A stretch of 64,000 bases of DNA, taken from Myxococcota bacterium (GTDB lineage: Bacteria > Myxococcota_A > UBA9160 > UBA6930). Positions 1 through 8,687 of this stretch are shown one piece after another. The stretch is from the NCBI GenBank assembly GCA_965223415.1, contig OZ245002.1:2592001-2656000 (forward strand), given 5' to 3'. Under the pieces are notes generated by a model. That model did no database searches. It was given only the letters and a program-made list of their open reading frames with translations, and had not been told where the DNA came from. Position numbers and translations under genes: made by a program. Within the stretch, counting starts at the first letter, position 1. Every line of letters begins with the position of its first letter.

Positions 1-2
1 TC

Positions 3-1817
3 CTCGGTCTCGGCGTCACCGCGACCCTCTGCCAGGTCTGGCGGACCTTCCAGACGGAAGCCGAGAGGAGGCTGGACGCACTGCTCGAGGCGCAGCGCAG
101 CGAGGGCGAGAGCGTCCGGCTGTTCCGGGACGTCGCGACCCTGGTCAGTCGGGACGTCTCGTTCGAGCCGGTGGCGGCGGACGTGCTGCGACTGACCTGC
201 GAGTCGCTCGACTTCCGAGAAGCCGAGATCTGGAGCTTCCGCCCGAGCGCGGGCACCTTCCTGCTGCGTGCCAGCCACCCGGTCGCCCTGTCGGCCTCGC
301 CGCTCCGGGAGCCGGGGACGGGGCCGCTCGAAGAGCTCGACGTCCCGATCGCCTACGGAAGCGAGCGTCTCGGCAGCCTGCGCCTTCGTCGTCGCCCCGA
401 GCGGGAACCCCGGACGAACACGGACGAGATCCTCAGCTCCATCGCCGGAGAGCTCTCCCACGCCCTCGCCCGGGAGCGAACCCGCGATTCGCTGCGCCTG
501 GCGGCCGAGGTCGACGACCTCACCGGCCTGCCCAATCGTCGCGCGTTCCGCTCGCTCCTGAACGACGCCCTGTGCGAGGCGCGGCGGCACGAGCGGACGC
601 TCGGCCTGCTCTACATCGACCTGAACGGCTTCAAGCGCATCAACGACAGCCTGGGGCACGCCGTGGGCGACCGGGTGCTCCGCGAGGTGGCTCGCCGGAT
701 CACCCAGGCGATCCGGGGAAGCGACGCGATCTTCCGGAGCCCGCCGACGACGTCGGAGGTCGCGCGCCTCGGAGGCGACGAGTTCACGGTGATCCTCGAC
801 GAGATCGCCGACCCGGCCAGCGCAGAGGTCGTCGCCCATCGCATCCTCGCGAACCTGGCGCGCCCGACCCGTGTCGACGGCCAGGAGCTCTACCTCGGCG
901 CAAGCATCGGCATCGGCGTCTTCCCGGAGGACGCCGGTGAGATGGAGGCCCTGATCCAGTGCGCGGATTCGGCGATGTATGCGGCCAAGCGGCTCGCCCG
1001 ATCGGGCTGCCGACGATACCACCCGAACCAGGACAAGGGAGACCCGCTGGCCCTGGAGGCCGACCTCCGCGTCGCGCTGCGCGAGAGCCGGATCCGGCCC
1101 CATTACCAACCGATCGTCACGAGCGTGAGCGGCGAGGTCGTCGGTGCCGAGCTGCTCCTGCGCTGGCATCACCCCCTTCACGGCTGGATCCCGCCCGTCG
1201 ATTTCGTCGGCCTGGCGGAGCGCGTCGGACTCATCTCCGAGCTCGGCAACCTGGTCCTCGAGGAGGGCCTGGCCTTCCTCGAGGCCCACCACGAGCAGCT
1301 CGGACCGGGCTTCCGGCTCTCCCTCAACGTGTCGCCGAAGCAGATCGAGGACCTGGGCTTCCTGCATCGCGTCGCCCGGCGGCTGGCGTCGTCGCCCCTT
1401 CCCAACGCCATGCTGGAGCTCGAGGTGACCGAGACCGTGCTGATGGTGGACTCGGAAGAGACCTGGGAGCACATCGAGGCCCTGGCCGGTCTCGGCGTCG
1501 GCTTCGCCCTCGACGATTTCGGCACGGGCTACTCCTCGCTGTCGCTGCTCAAGCAGATGCCGATCCACCGGATCAAGATCGATCGGTCGTTCGTCAGAGG
1601 CCTTCCCGACGAGCCGCGAGACGTCGCGATCGTGGGCGCGATCCTGGGCATGGCGGCATCCCTCGGCATCCGCGTGGTGGCGGAAGGCGTGGAGGACGAA
1701 GCCCACCAGGCCTTCCTCGCCGAGAGGGGCTGCCAGGAGCTCCAGGGCTGGCTGTTCGCGAAGGCGATGGAGCCCGAGGCGTTCCTCGAATGGGTCGCGA
1801 CACGGGGAAACACCTGA
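3..1817 (+). CDS. GAF-GGDEF-EAL diguanylate cyclase/phosphodiesterase (5' end runs off the window)
   Basis: Frame open from position 3; DDLTGLPNRR, ARLGGDEF, GAELLLRW (EAL variant), DDFGTGYSSL, VVAEGVE and QGWLF motifs. Confidence 0.93.
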   Translation, partial: LGLGVTATLCQVWRTFQTEAERRLDALLEAQRSEGESVRLFRDVATLVSRDVSFEPVAADVLRLTCESLDFREAEIWSFRPSAGTFLLRASHPVALSASPLREPGTGPLEELDVPIAYGSERLGSLRLRRRPEREPRTNTDEILSSIAGELSHALARERTRDSLRLAAEVDDLTGLPNRRAFRSLLNDALCEARRHERTLGLLYIDLNGFKRINDSLGHAVGDRVLREVARRITQAIRGSDAIFRSPPTTSEVARLGGDEFTVILDEIADPASAEVVAHRILANLARPTRVDGQELYLGASIGIGVFPEDAGEMEALIQCADSAMYAAKRLARSGCRRYHPNQDKGDPLALEADLRVALRESRIRPHYQPIVTSVSGEVVGAELLLRWHHPLHGWIPPVDFVGLAERVGLISELGNLVLEEGLAFLEAHHEQLGPGFRLSLNVSPKQIEDLGFLHRVARRLASSPLPNAMLELEVTETVLMVDSEETWEHIEALAGLGVGFALDDFGTGYSSLSLLKQMPIHRIKIDRSFVRGLPDEPRDVAIVGAILGMAASLGIRVVAEGVEDEAHQAFLAERGCQELQGWLFAKAMEPEAFLEWVATRGNT

Positions 1818-1882
1818 GAACCGATGCGCGCGCCGATGCATGGACGTTCAGCTCGGGTGGGATCCAACCGAAAGGGAACCCC

Positions 1883-3208
1883 ATGACGCGCCCCACACGA
1901 GTCCTTCTGTGTGTGTGCCTCGCCGTTCTGAGCGCGCCGCCCGGTGAAGCGACCAACGGCCACTTCCTCCACGGGGTCGGCTCCGAGAACCAGTCCCTGG
2001 GCGGGGCCGGTGCCGCCCACGCGGTCGACGCGGTCTCGGCCCTCACCTGGAACCCCGCATCCGGCGTGGCCCTCGATCCGGAGGTCTCGCTGGGCGTCGA
2101 GTGGTTCGTTCCCGATCGCACGCTCGAGAGCCGCATCGACGCCGGCGCGCTCGGCCCGGGCCTTCCCTTCTTCCAGGGCTCGACCCGTAGCGACACGAAC
2201 TCCGCCTTCCTTCCGACGTTGGGCGTCGCGCTCCGCTCGGAGGACTCGGACCTAACCTGGCTCGTCGCCATCTCCGGCGTCGCAGGCTTCGGCGTGGAGT
2301 ACGAGCTGGAGACGCCGGTCGCCCCGGGCAGCAACCCGCTGCTCACACCGCAGCCACCCCGGGGCTTCGGCTTCGGAGAGATCCAGTCCGAGTACCAACT
2401 GCTCACCCTGGCCGGGGGGCTCGCCTGGGAGATGGACGAGCACTGGTCCCTGGGCGTGGCCCTGGTCGCCGCCCAGTCGCGCCTGGAGATCAAGCCCGCA
2501 CCCTTCGCGGCACCTGACGACGCAGACGGCGACGGCTTCCCGACCTACCCGCAGGCCGACGAGCTGGAGCGCGCGTTCGGAGGCGGCTTCCGGATCGGCC
2601 TTCGCTACGCGCCGACCCCGGACCTCTCCTTCGGCGCGGCCTATGCCTCGCCGCTCTGGTTCGAGGACTTCGAGTGGTCGGCCCGCGACGAGCTGGGACG
2701 ACGACGCCGGATCGAGCTGGCCCTCGACCTTCCGGCCTACTGGAACGCCGGCTTCTCCTATCGCCTTCGCCCCACGACCCGCACTCACGTGGACGTGCGT
2801 TGGATCGACTACGAGCACACGGACGGCTTCGATCACCATGGCTTCGGCCCCGACGGTGCCGTCCGCGGCTTCGGTTGGGACAGCATCTGGGTGTTCGCTG
2901 CCGGTATCGAGCAGGACCTGGGCGAGCGCGTGCGCCTGCGCCTGGGATACAACTACGGTGAGAACCCGATTCCCGCGGAGCTCTCCTTCTTCAACACGCC
3001 CTCCCCGGCGATCGTGAAGCACCACCTGACCAGCGGGGCGAGCCTGAAGGTGAGTGACGCTCTCTGGCTCCACCTCGGCTACTACCACGCGTTCGAGAAC
3101 CGCAGCTCGGGGCCCTTCGTCACGCCCCTCGGCGAAGCGCGAGGCACGCGGGTACGGAACGAGCTGTCGGAGGATTCCTTCAGCCTCGCATTCACGGTGG
3201 AGCTCTGA
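1883..3208 (+). CDS. OmpP1/FadL/TodX-family outer-membrane transporter
   Basis: Signal peptide followed by [20 protein letters not shown] hatch motif; alternating beta-strand pattern; ATG after AAAGGGAA. Confidence 0.85.
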   Translation: MTRPTRVLLCVCLAVLSAPPGEATNGHFLHGVGSENQSLGGAGAAHAVDAVSALTWNPASGVALDPEVSLGVEWFVPDRTLESRIDAGALGPGLPFFQGSTRSDTNSAFLPTLGVALRSEDSDLTWLVAISGVAGFGVEYELETPVAPGSNPLLTPQPPRGFGFGEIQSEYQLLTLAGGLAWEMDEHWSLGVALVAAQSRLEIKPAPFAAPDDADGDGFPTYPQADELERAFGGGFRIGLRYAPTPDLSFGAAYASPLWFEDFEWSARDELGRRRRIELALDLPAYWNAGFSYRLRPTTRTHVDVRWIDYEHTDGFDHHGFGPDGAVRGFGWDSIWVFAAGIEQDLGERVRLRLGYNYGENPIPAELSFFNTPSPAIVKHHLTSGASLKVSDALWLHLGYYHAFENRSSGPFVTPLGEARGTRVRNELSEDSFSLAFTVEL

Positions 3209-3441
3209 TGTCGGACCCGCAGCCGGAATCCGAAGAGGGCTGCCGCTGCGTCCACGCCGCGGACTGTCCCCTCTTCGAGCGCTTCAAGCTCTCGTCGGTG
3301 CTCCGCATCTGGCAGATTTACTACTGCGAGGAGCGCTTCGACGAGTGCGTGCGCTACCAGATGGACTGCCGCGGCGAACCCGTGCCGCCCACGCTCCTCC
3401 CGAACGGGAAGGACATGGCGGACGGAAAGGACCCGTCGTGA
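3208..3441 (+). CDS. Small Cys-rich hypothetical protein (6 Cys, CPLF..YC..CxRY..GxxVPxxLLPNG)
   Basis: TGATG coupling to the upstream gene and GTGA coupling to the downstream gene; coding-like codon usage. Confidence 0.75.
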   Translation: MSDPQPESEEGCRCVHAADCPLFERFKLSSVLRIWQIYYCEERFDECVRYQMDCRGEPVPPTLLPNGKDMADGKDPS

Positions 3442-4055
3442 GCGATCCGGCCTACTGGCCCTGGTGGCTCGGCGGACTGACGCTCGCGGCGGTGGCCGTG
3501 AGCCACGTAGCGGCCTCGGGCCGGCTCCTCACCGTCTCGGGCATCCTCTCTCGCGCCCTGCGCTGGCGCGAAGACGAGCGGGACCGCCAGAAGGAGCTCG
3601 AGCTGGCCCGCGGTGGGCTCGACGACGAGCTGCTGGCCGCGACGCTGGAGCAGTTCGGCGGCGGCCCTCCGGGCGCGACCGAGTCGGCGAAGCCCGCGGA
3701 GAGCGTCGCCTGCGAGTCCTCCCCGGTCGTCCGCCTGCGCGTCTCGGCCGGCGCCACCTTCATCGCGGCGTTGGTCGTGGGAGGCTTCGTCTCCGCCCTT
3801 GGCGACGGCCGGGCGACCCTGGGGCTCGGCCTGGGGCCGGAGTTCGGGCGTGTGATCGGTGGGGGCTTCCTCGCCGTGGGCGCGGCGCTCGGCGGCGGCT
3901 TCCTCGTGGGCTTCGGCGCACGGATGGCGGGCGGCTGCACCTCCGGTCACGGGCTCTGCGGCATGGGTCGCATGCAGGTGGGAAGCCTCGCGGCGACCTG
4001 CGCCTTCTTCGCGGGCGGCATCGTCGTGTCGTTCCTGCTGCGGAGCCTCGCGTGA
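3438..4055 (+). CDS. YeeE/YedE-family sulfur-compound transporter subunit
   Basis: WPWWLGG N-terminus, [13 protein letters not shown] motif, hydrophobic helices; GTG start overlapping upstream stop. Confidence 0.88.
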   Translation: MSDPAYWPWWLGGLTLAAVAVSHVAASGRLLTVSGILSRALRWREDERDRQKELELARGGLDDELLAATLEQFGGGPPGATESAKPAESVACESSPVVRLRVSAGATFIAALVVGGFVSALGDGRATLGLGLGPEFGRVIGGGFLAVGAALGGGFLVGFGARMAGGCTSGHGLCGMGRMQVGSLAATCAFFAGGIVVSFLLRSLA

Positions 4056-4474
4056 CGCTCTCCATCCCCTGCCACCTCTTGACGGGGAGCCTGGGGCTCC
4101 TGATGGGCTTCGGCCTGAGCCGGATGGGGTTCTCGGAGTTCGGCGAGGTGCACCGCATGTTCACCTTCGACGACCTGCGACTCACCTTCAGCTTCGCGGC
4201 CGCCGTCGTCCTCGTCGGCGTGGGCTTTCTCGGACTGAGCGCGCCGCGAAGGCACGCGCCCCGCCACATCCATCCCGGGACGGTGCCGGGCGGGCTCCTG
4301 TTCGGCGCCGGTTGGGCCCTGTGCGGCGCGTGTCCCGCCATTGCATGGGTGCAGCTCGGCGAGGGAAGGCTGCTCGCCCTTGCGTCCATCGCCGGCATCC
4401 TGCTCGGCACCGCGCTCTACCCGAAGGTCCACGCCCGGTTCTTCCGCTGGCCGAGCGAATCCTGCCAGGGCTGA
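4052..4474 (+). CDS. YeeE/YedE-family partner subunit
   Basis: [16 protein letters not shown] motif; GTGA overlap with the previous gene. Confidence 0.85.
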   Translation: MTLSIPCHLLTGSLGLLMGFGLSRMGFSEFGEVHRMFTFDDLRLTFSFAAAVVLVGVGFLGLSAPRRHAPRHIHPGTVPGGLLFGAGWALCGACPAIAWVQLGEGRLLALASIAGILLGTALYPKVHARFFRWPSESCQG

Positions 4475-4572
4475 GCTCCGCGGCTTTCGCCGGGCCCCAG
4501 TAGCCGAGCCCCCTCAAGCTTCCGCCCGACCTTCCCGATGCAGGGAATCGCGGAATCGCGTGAGAGGACCCG

Positions 4573-5286
4573 ATGGACGAGCTGCCCTTCACCCTGATCC
4601 TGGACGACGAGAGCACCGGCCTCGGGAGCGTGGCGCTCCGCCTGCTGCGGCTGGGCATCGACGTCTTCTACGCCCCCGACCCGGATGAGGCCGTGCTCTT
4701 CTGCGGGCAGCCCGAAGCCCGGGGCGTCCGCGCGTTGATGTTCCCGGAGAGGCTCGATCTGGAGGCCCTCGGCCGTGTCCTGCCCCGGGTCCCCGCCAAC
4801 GCCGACGGCACGATCACGAGCCTCGTCGCGGTCGGGGAGCTCGTGGACGACGCGCTGCTCGACCGGCTGCGCAAGGCCGGCGTGGACCGCTGCCTGCGCG
4901 TCCCCTTCGACGACAGCACCCTTCGCTGGGTCGCGAACGAGGCCCGCTTCGACAAGAAGCACCAGCCGAAGCGCCAGCACCCCCGCGCTCCGACCGACCT
5001 GCTCTGCCGGGCCTCCTGGGGGCTGAAGCGCAAGGACCTGGTGTGCTCCACCCTCTCGTTGGGAGGCGCCTTCCTGGAGACGCCCACGCCGCTCGACGTG
5101 GGCCAGAAGATCAAGCTGCGCATCCCCTTGCCGAGCGGCGCGCTTACCCTGAGGGCGGTGGTGGCGAACCAGGCCGACGGCAGCGGGCTCCGGTCGACGG
5201 GCATGGGTGTGACCTTCCTCGAGCCCGGCTCCCAGGAAGAGCTCGCGGCCTACGTGGGCTCGCGCCTGGCCGAGTTCTCCCTCTAG
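4573..5286 (+). CDS. PilZ-domain protein with degenerate receiver-like N-terminus
   Basis: RQHPR (RxxxR), TLSLGGAFL and GMGVTF motifs. Confidence 0.8.
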   Translation: MDELPFTLILDDESTGLGSVALRLLRLGIDVFYAPDPDEAVLFCGQPEARGVRALMFPERLDLEALGRVLPRVPANADGTITSLVAVGELVDDALLDRLRKAGVDRCLRVPFDDSTLRWVANEARFDKKHQPKRQHPRAPTDLLCRASWGLKRKDLVCSTLSLGGAFLETPTPLDVGQKIKLRIPLPSGALTLRAVVANQADGSGLRSTGMGVTFLEPGSQEELAAYVGSRLAEFSL

Positions 5287-5467
5287 GTGCGCTTGGGCAC
5301 GGGAACGGTGGCCCGCGGGAGAGTGTCAATTCACGGGCACCGGGCGCCGAATTCCGTCACCCGGAAGGGCGTCCAAGAACTGCCGACCGGGCACGGGTCG
5401 GCGTCTAACCGACTGGAATTCAAAGGAATTCAGAGGATCCCCCGAAGGCCGCCGGAGCTGGAGCAGG

Positions 5468-5484
5468 CTGGCACGCATCCTGCT
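5468..5484 (+). promoter_or_regulatory. Sigma54 (-24/-12) promoter
   Basis: CTGGCACG-CATC-CTGCT matches TGGCACG-N4-TTGCW with correct GG/GC spacing, 30 bp upstream of the 5515 ORF. Confidence 0.65.
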
Positions 5485-5514
5485 CTCTCCAGGGGCAGAA
5501 CCGAGGAGGCCAGC

Positions 5515-5718
5515 ATGGGCCGCACCGCCACGCGCAGGAAGGACGCAGGATTCGCCGGGGAGCAGCCGGTGGAGACCACGCTCCTCGAGCTGGTCCAGAC
5601 CCTCGGCGAGCTCACCGACGACGACCGCGAGGTGGTCGATACGGTGCTCGAGCTGCTGCGCGACGGGCGGGTCCGACTCACGGGCAACTTCGCGAACCAG
5701 CGGCTGGCCCTCGCCTAG
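5515..5718 (+). CDS. Small hypothetical protein (TTLLELV..DDREVV..GRVRLTGNF)
   Basis: GAGGAGG Shine-Dalgarno, 67 aa, strong GC3 bias. Confidence 0.75.
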   Translation: MGRTATRRKDAGFAGEQPVETTLLELVQTLGELTDDDREVVDTVLELLRDGRVRLTGNFANQRLALA

Positions 5719-5772
5719 GGGGCCGTTGACCCCACCGGGCCCGATCCCGATCATCCCTGCTCGGGGGTGATC

Positions 5773-7488
5773 ATGAGCAAGCAGGGGAGCTTCGCGTTCT
5801 CGGCGGCGGGCGCGTCCAAGGGCGGCAAGGGACGGAAGGCCCCGGCGAAGAAGACCGCGGCCAAGCCCAAGAGCAAGGCGCCGGCGCGCAAGAAGGCGCC
5901 GGCCAAGGGCAGCCCGAAGCCGCGCAGCCGCGCCACCGCCAAGGAGATGGCCCGCAAGCAGCGGGACATCTCGGTCTCCGAGTTCTTCGCCAAGAACCGG
6001 CACCTGCTGGGCTTCGACAACCCGTCGAAGGCGCTCCTCACCACCGTGAAGGAAGGCGTCGACAACTCGCTCGACGCCTGCGAGGAGGCGGGCATCGTCC
6101 CCGACATCCGGGTCGAGATCCACCAGCTGGACGAGACGCGCTTCCGGGTGGCGATCGAGGACAACGGGCCGGGCATCGTGAAGGCCCAGGTGCCGAAGAT
6201 CTTCGGGCGGCTCCTCTACGGCTCGAAGTTCCATCGCCTACGGCAGAGCCGGGGCCAGCAGGGCATCGGCATCAGCGCCGCGGGCATGTACGGGCTGCTC
6301 ACCACCGGCAAGCCCGTTCACATCACCACCCGCACCGGCGCGAAGAAGCCGGCCCACCACTTCCAGCTCGTGATCGATACCAAGACGAACGAGCCCCGGG
6401 TGAAGAAGGACGAGACCGTCGAGTGGCCCCGGGAGCACGGCACGCGGGTGGAGATCGAGCTCGAGGGCGGCTACCGCGGCGGACAGCACTCGGTGGACGC
6501 CTACATCCGACAGATCTCGTTGGCCAACCCCCACGCGCGCCTCGAGTTCCTGCCGCCGAACCCGGAGAAGAGCAACGGGGTGATGCTCTTCGACCGGGTG
6601 ACCGAGGAGCTGCCTCCCGAGACCGCGGAGATCAAGCCGCACCCCTACGGGGTCGAGCTCGGCGTGCTCATGCAGATGTTCCGGGACACGCGCAGCCGAA
6701 ACGTGCGCGGATGCCTGCAGGCCGACTTCTCCCGGGTCTCGGGCCGCACGGCCGACGAGATCTGCAAGCATGCGAAGGTCCCGAACACGCGGCGGCCGAG
6801 CGAGGTGACCCGGGAGGAGGCCGAGCGTCTCCACAAGGGCATCCAAGCGACGAAGATCATGTCGCCGCCGACCGACTGCATCGCGCCGATCGGCGAAGAG
6901 CTGATCGAGAGCGCGCTGCGGCAGGAGGTGGAGGCGGACTTCTACGCCACCGTGACGCGCAGACCCACCGTCTACCGGGGCAACCCGTTCCTGATCGAGG
7001 TGGGGCTCGCCTACGGCGGCGCGCTCCCGGCGGACGATTCGGTGACGGCGTTCCGCTTCGCCAACCGGGTGCCCCTCCAGTACCAGCAGGGGGCATGCGC
7101 CATCACCAAGGCCATCACCGGCACCGACTGGAAGGCCTACCAGATGCAGCACCCGCGCGGCGCCATGCCGGTCGGACCCATGCTGCTGATGGTGCACATC
7201 GCGAGCGTGTGGGTGCCCTTCACCTCCGAGAGCAAAGAAGCCGTGGCCCACTACCCGGAGATCCTGAAGGAGATCCGGCTCGGCCTGCAGGAGTGCGGGC
7301 GGCGCGTCGCGACCCACATCCGCAAGCGCCGGCGGGAGGCCGACGAGGAGAAGAAGCGCGCCTACATCGTGAAGTACATCCCGCAGGTGGCTGTGGGGCT
7401 CCAGGAGATCCTAGGCTTCGCGGACAAGGAGCGGAACAAGGTCGTGAACGACCTCACCGACGTGCTCGAGAAGAGCAGGAAGCTCTAG
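5773..7488 (+). CDS. top6B: DNA topoisomerase VI subunit B
   Basis: ISVSEFFAKNRHLLGF, GHKL motifs EGVDNSLDA/EDNGPGI/RGQQGIGIS, RFANRVPL, VPFTSESKEA. Confidence 0.96.
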   Translation: MSKQGSFAFSAAGASKGGKGRKAPAKKTAAKPKSKAPARKKAPAKGSPKPRSRATAKEMARKQRDISVSEFFAKNRHLLGFDNPSKALLTTVKEGVDNSLDACEEAGIVPDIRVEIHQLDETRFRVAIEDNGPGIVKAQVPKIFGRLLYGSKFHRLRQSRGQQGIGISAAGMYGLLTTGKPVHITTRTGAKKPAHHFQLVIDTKTNEPRVKKDETVEWPREHGTRVEIELEGGYRGGQHSVDAYIRQISLANPHARLEFLPPNPEKSNGVMLFDRVTEELPPETAEIKPHPYGVELGVLMQMFRDTRSRNVRGCLQADFSRVSGRTADEICKHAKVPNTRRPSEVTREEAERLHKGIQATKIMSPPTDCIAPIGEELIESALRQEVEADFYATVTRRPTVYRGNPFLIEVGLAYGGALPADDSVTAFRFANRVPLQYQQGACAITKAITGTDWKAYQMQHPRGAMPVGPMLLMVHIASVWVPFTSESKEAVAHYPEILKEIRLGLQECGRRVATHIRKRRREADEEKKRAYIVKYIPQVAVGLQEILGFADKERNKVVNDLTDVLEKSRKL

Positions 7489-7490
7489 CC

Positions 7491-8687
7491 ATGGCAGCTC
7501 GCAAGAAGGCGCCGGCCCGCAAGAAGGCCGCTCGCACCAAGACCTCGGACGTCCAGAAGAAGGCCAAGGAGGTCAAGGCGAAGAACGCGAAGCTGGACGC
7601 GTTGACCGTCGACCTGATCAAGGACACGGCCAAGGGCGTCCACCAGCGCATCAACCGGAAGGGCAAGCCCGACCTCCACTTCCCGATCCGCTCGCTGAAG
7701 AACGTCTCCTACTCCCAGAAGAAAGGCTACTTCGAGATCGGGAAGCAGAAGAAGACGCGCACCCTCACCGTGAACACGGTGAAGAGCTTCGCCCAGACCC
7801 TCCGCATGATGGGGCTCTCGAAGGAGATGGTCGAGTCGAACGACTTCGCCACGAAGCGGGACGCGTACTACCAGAGCAAGAACTGGGAGGACGCCCGCTT
7901 CGACGAGCAAACGGAAAGTGACGCGGTGATGGACGACATCGAGGCGATGTTCTCGGTGCGCGGCGTCTCCCGCGAGCAGCTGCGCTTCGTGCCGGACGAG
8001 CACGGCGGCGCGGTGGCGGGCAACCTCGTCGTCCTCGACCCGGACCGGGAGACCGGCGAGGTGGAGCGCATCGACTGCACCCGCTTCGGCTCCGGCGCCT
8101 ACTCGATCCCCTCGACCGTGGAGCACCTCTCCTTCGAGACCGACGCCAAGTTCGTGCTGGCCATCGAGACCGGGGGCGTCTTCCAGCGGCTCCAGAGCCA
8201 CAAGTTCTGGCAGACCTCGAACTGCATCCTGGTCTCGATGGCCGGCGTGCCCACCCGGGCGACCCGGCGCTTCATCCGCAAGCTTTCGGACGAGGCGAAG
8301 ATCCCGGTCTACGCCTTCGTGGATTGCGACCCCTACGGCATCTCGAACATCTACCGGACGCTGAAGGTCGGCTCGGGCAACGCCGCCCACCTCTCCCAGT
8401 TCTTCTGCGTGCCCCAGGCCCGGTACCTGGGCGTCACGCCGGCGGACATCCGGGAGTACGACCTGCCGACCCATCCGCTCCAGGACGTGGACGTGAAGCG
8501 AGCCCGGGACGCGCTCAAGAACGACCCCTTCTTCCAGACCCACAAGCCGTGGCAGAAGGCCCTGAACGATCTCCTCAAGATGGGCGTGCGCGCGGAGCAG
8601 CAGGCGCTGGCCAAGTGGGGGCTCAACTACGTGATCGAGGAGTACCTGCCGCGCAAGCTGGCCGCGCCGGGCCAGTTCCTGCCCTAG
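7491..8687 (+). CDS. top6A: DNA topoisomerase VI subunit A (Spo11-like)
   Basis: KRDAYY catalytic Tyr region, FDEQTESD, TOPRIM AIE and DCDPYG motifs, KAEQQ-like RAEQQAL. Confidence 0.96.
   Translation: MAARKKAPARKKAARTKTSDVQKKAKEVKAKNAKLDALTVDLIKDTAKGVHQRINRKGKPDLHFPIRSLKNVSYSQKKGYFEIGKQKKTRTLTVNTVKSFAQTLRMMGLSKEMVESNDFATKRDAYYQSKNWEDARFDEQTESDAVMDDIEAMFSVRGVSREQLRFVPDEHGGAVAGNLVVLDPDRETGEVERIDCTRFGSGAYSIPSTVEHLSFETDAKFVLAIETGGVFQRLQSHKFWQTSNCILVSMAGVPTRATRRFIRKLSDEAKIPVYAFVDCDPYGISNIYRTLKVGSGNAAHLSQFFCVPQARYLGVTPADIREYDLPTHPLQDVDVKRARDALKNDPFFQTHKPWQKALNDLLKMGVRAEQQALAKWGLNYVIEEYLPRKLAAPGQFLP

Noticed and set aside
5773..8687. Topo VI genes as part of a defence system (Wadjet JetD or other TOPRIM/GHKL systems)
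   Set aside because: Both subunits have full canonical Top6A/Top6B signatures and no SMC or defence genes are adjacent
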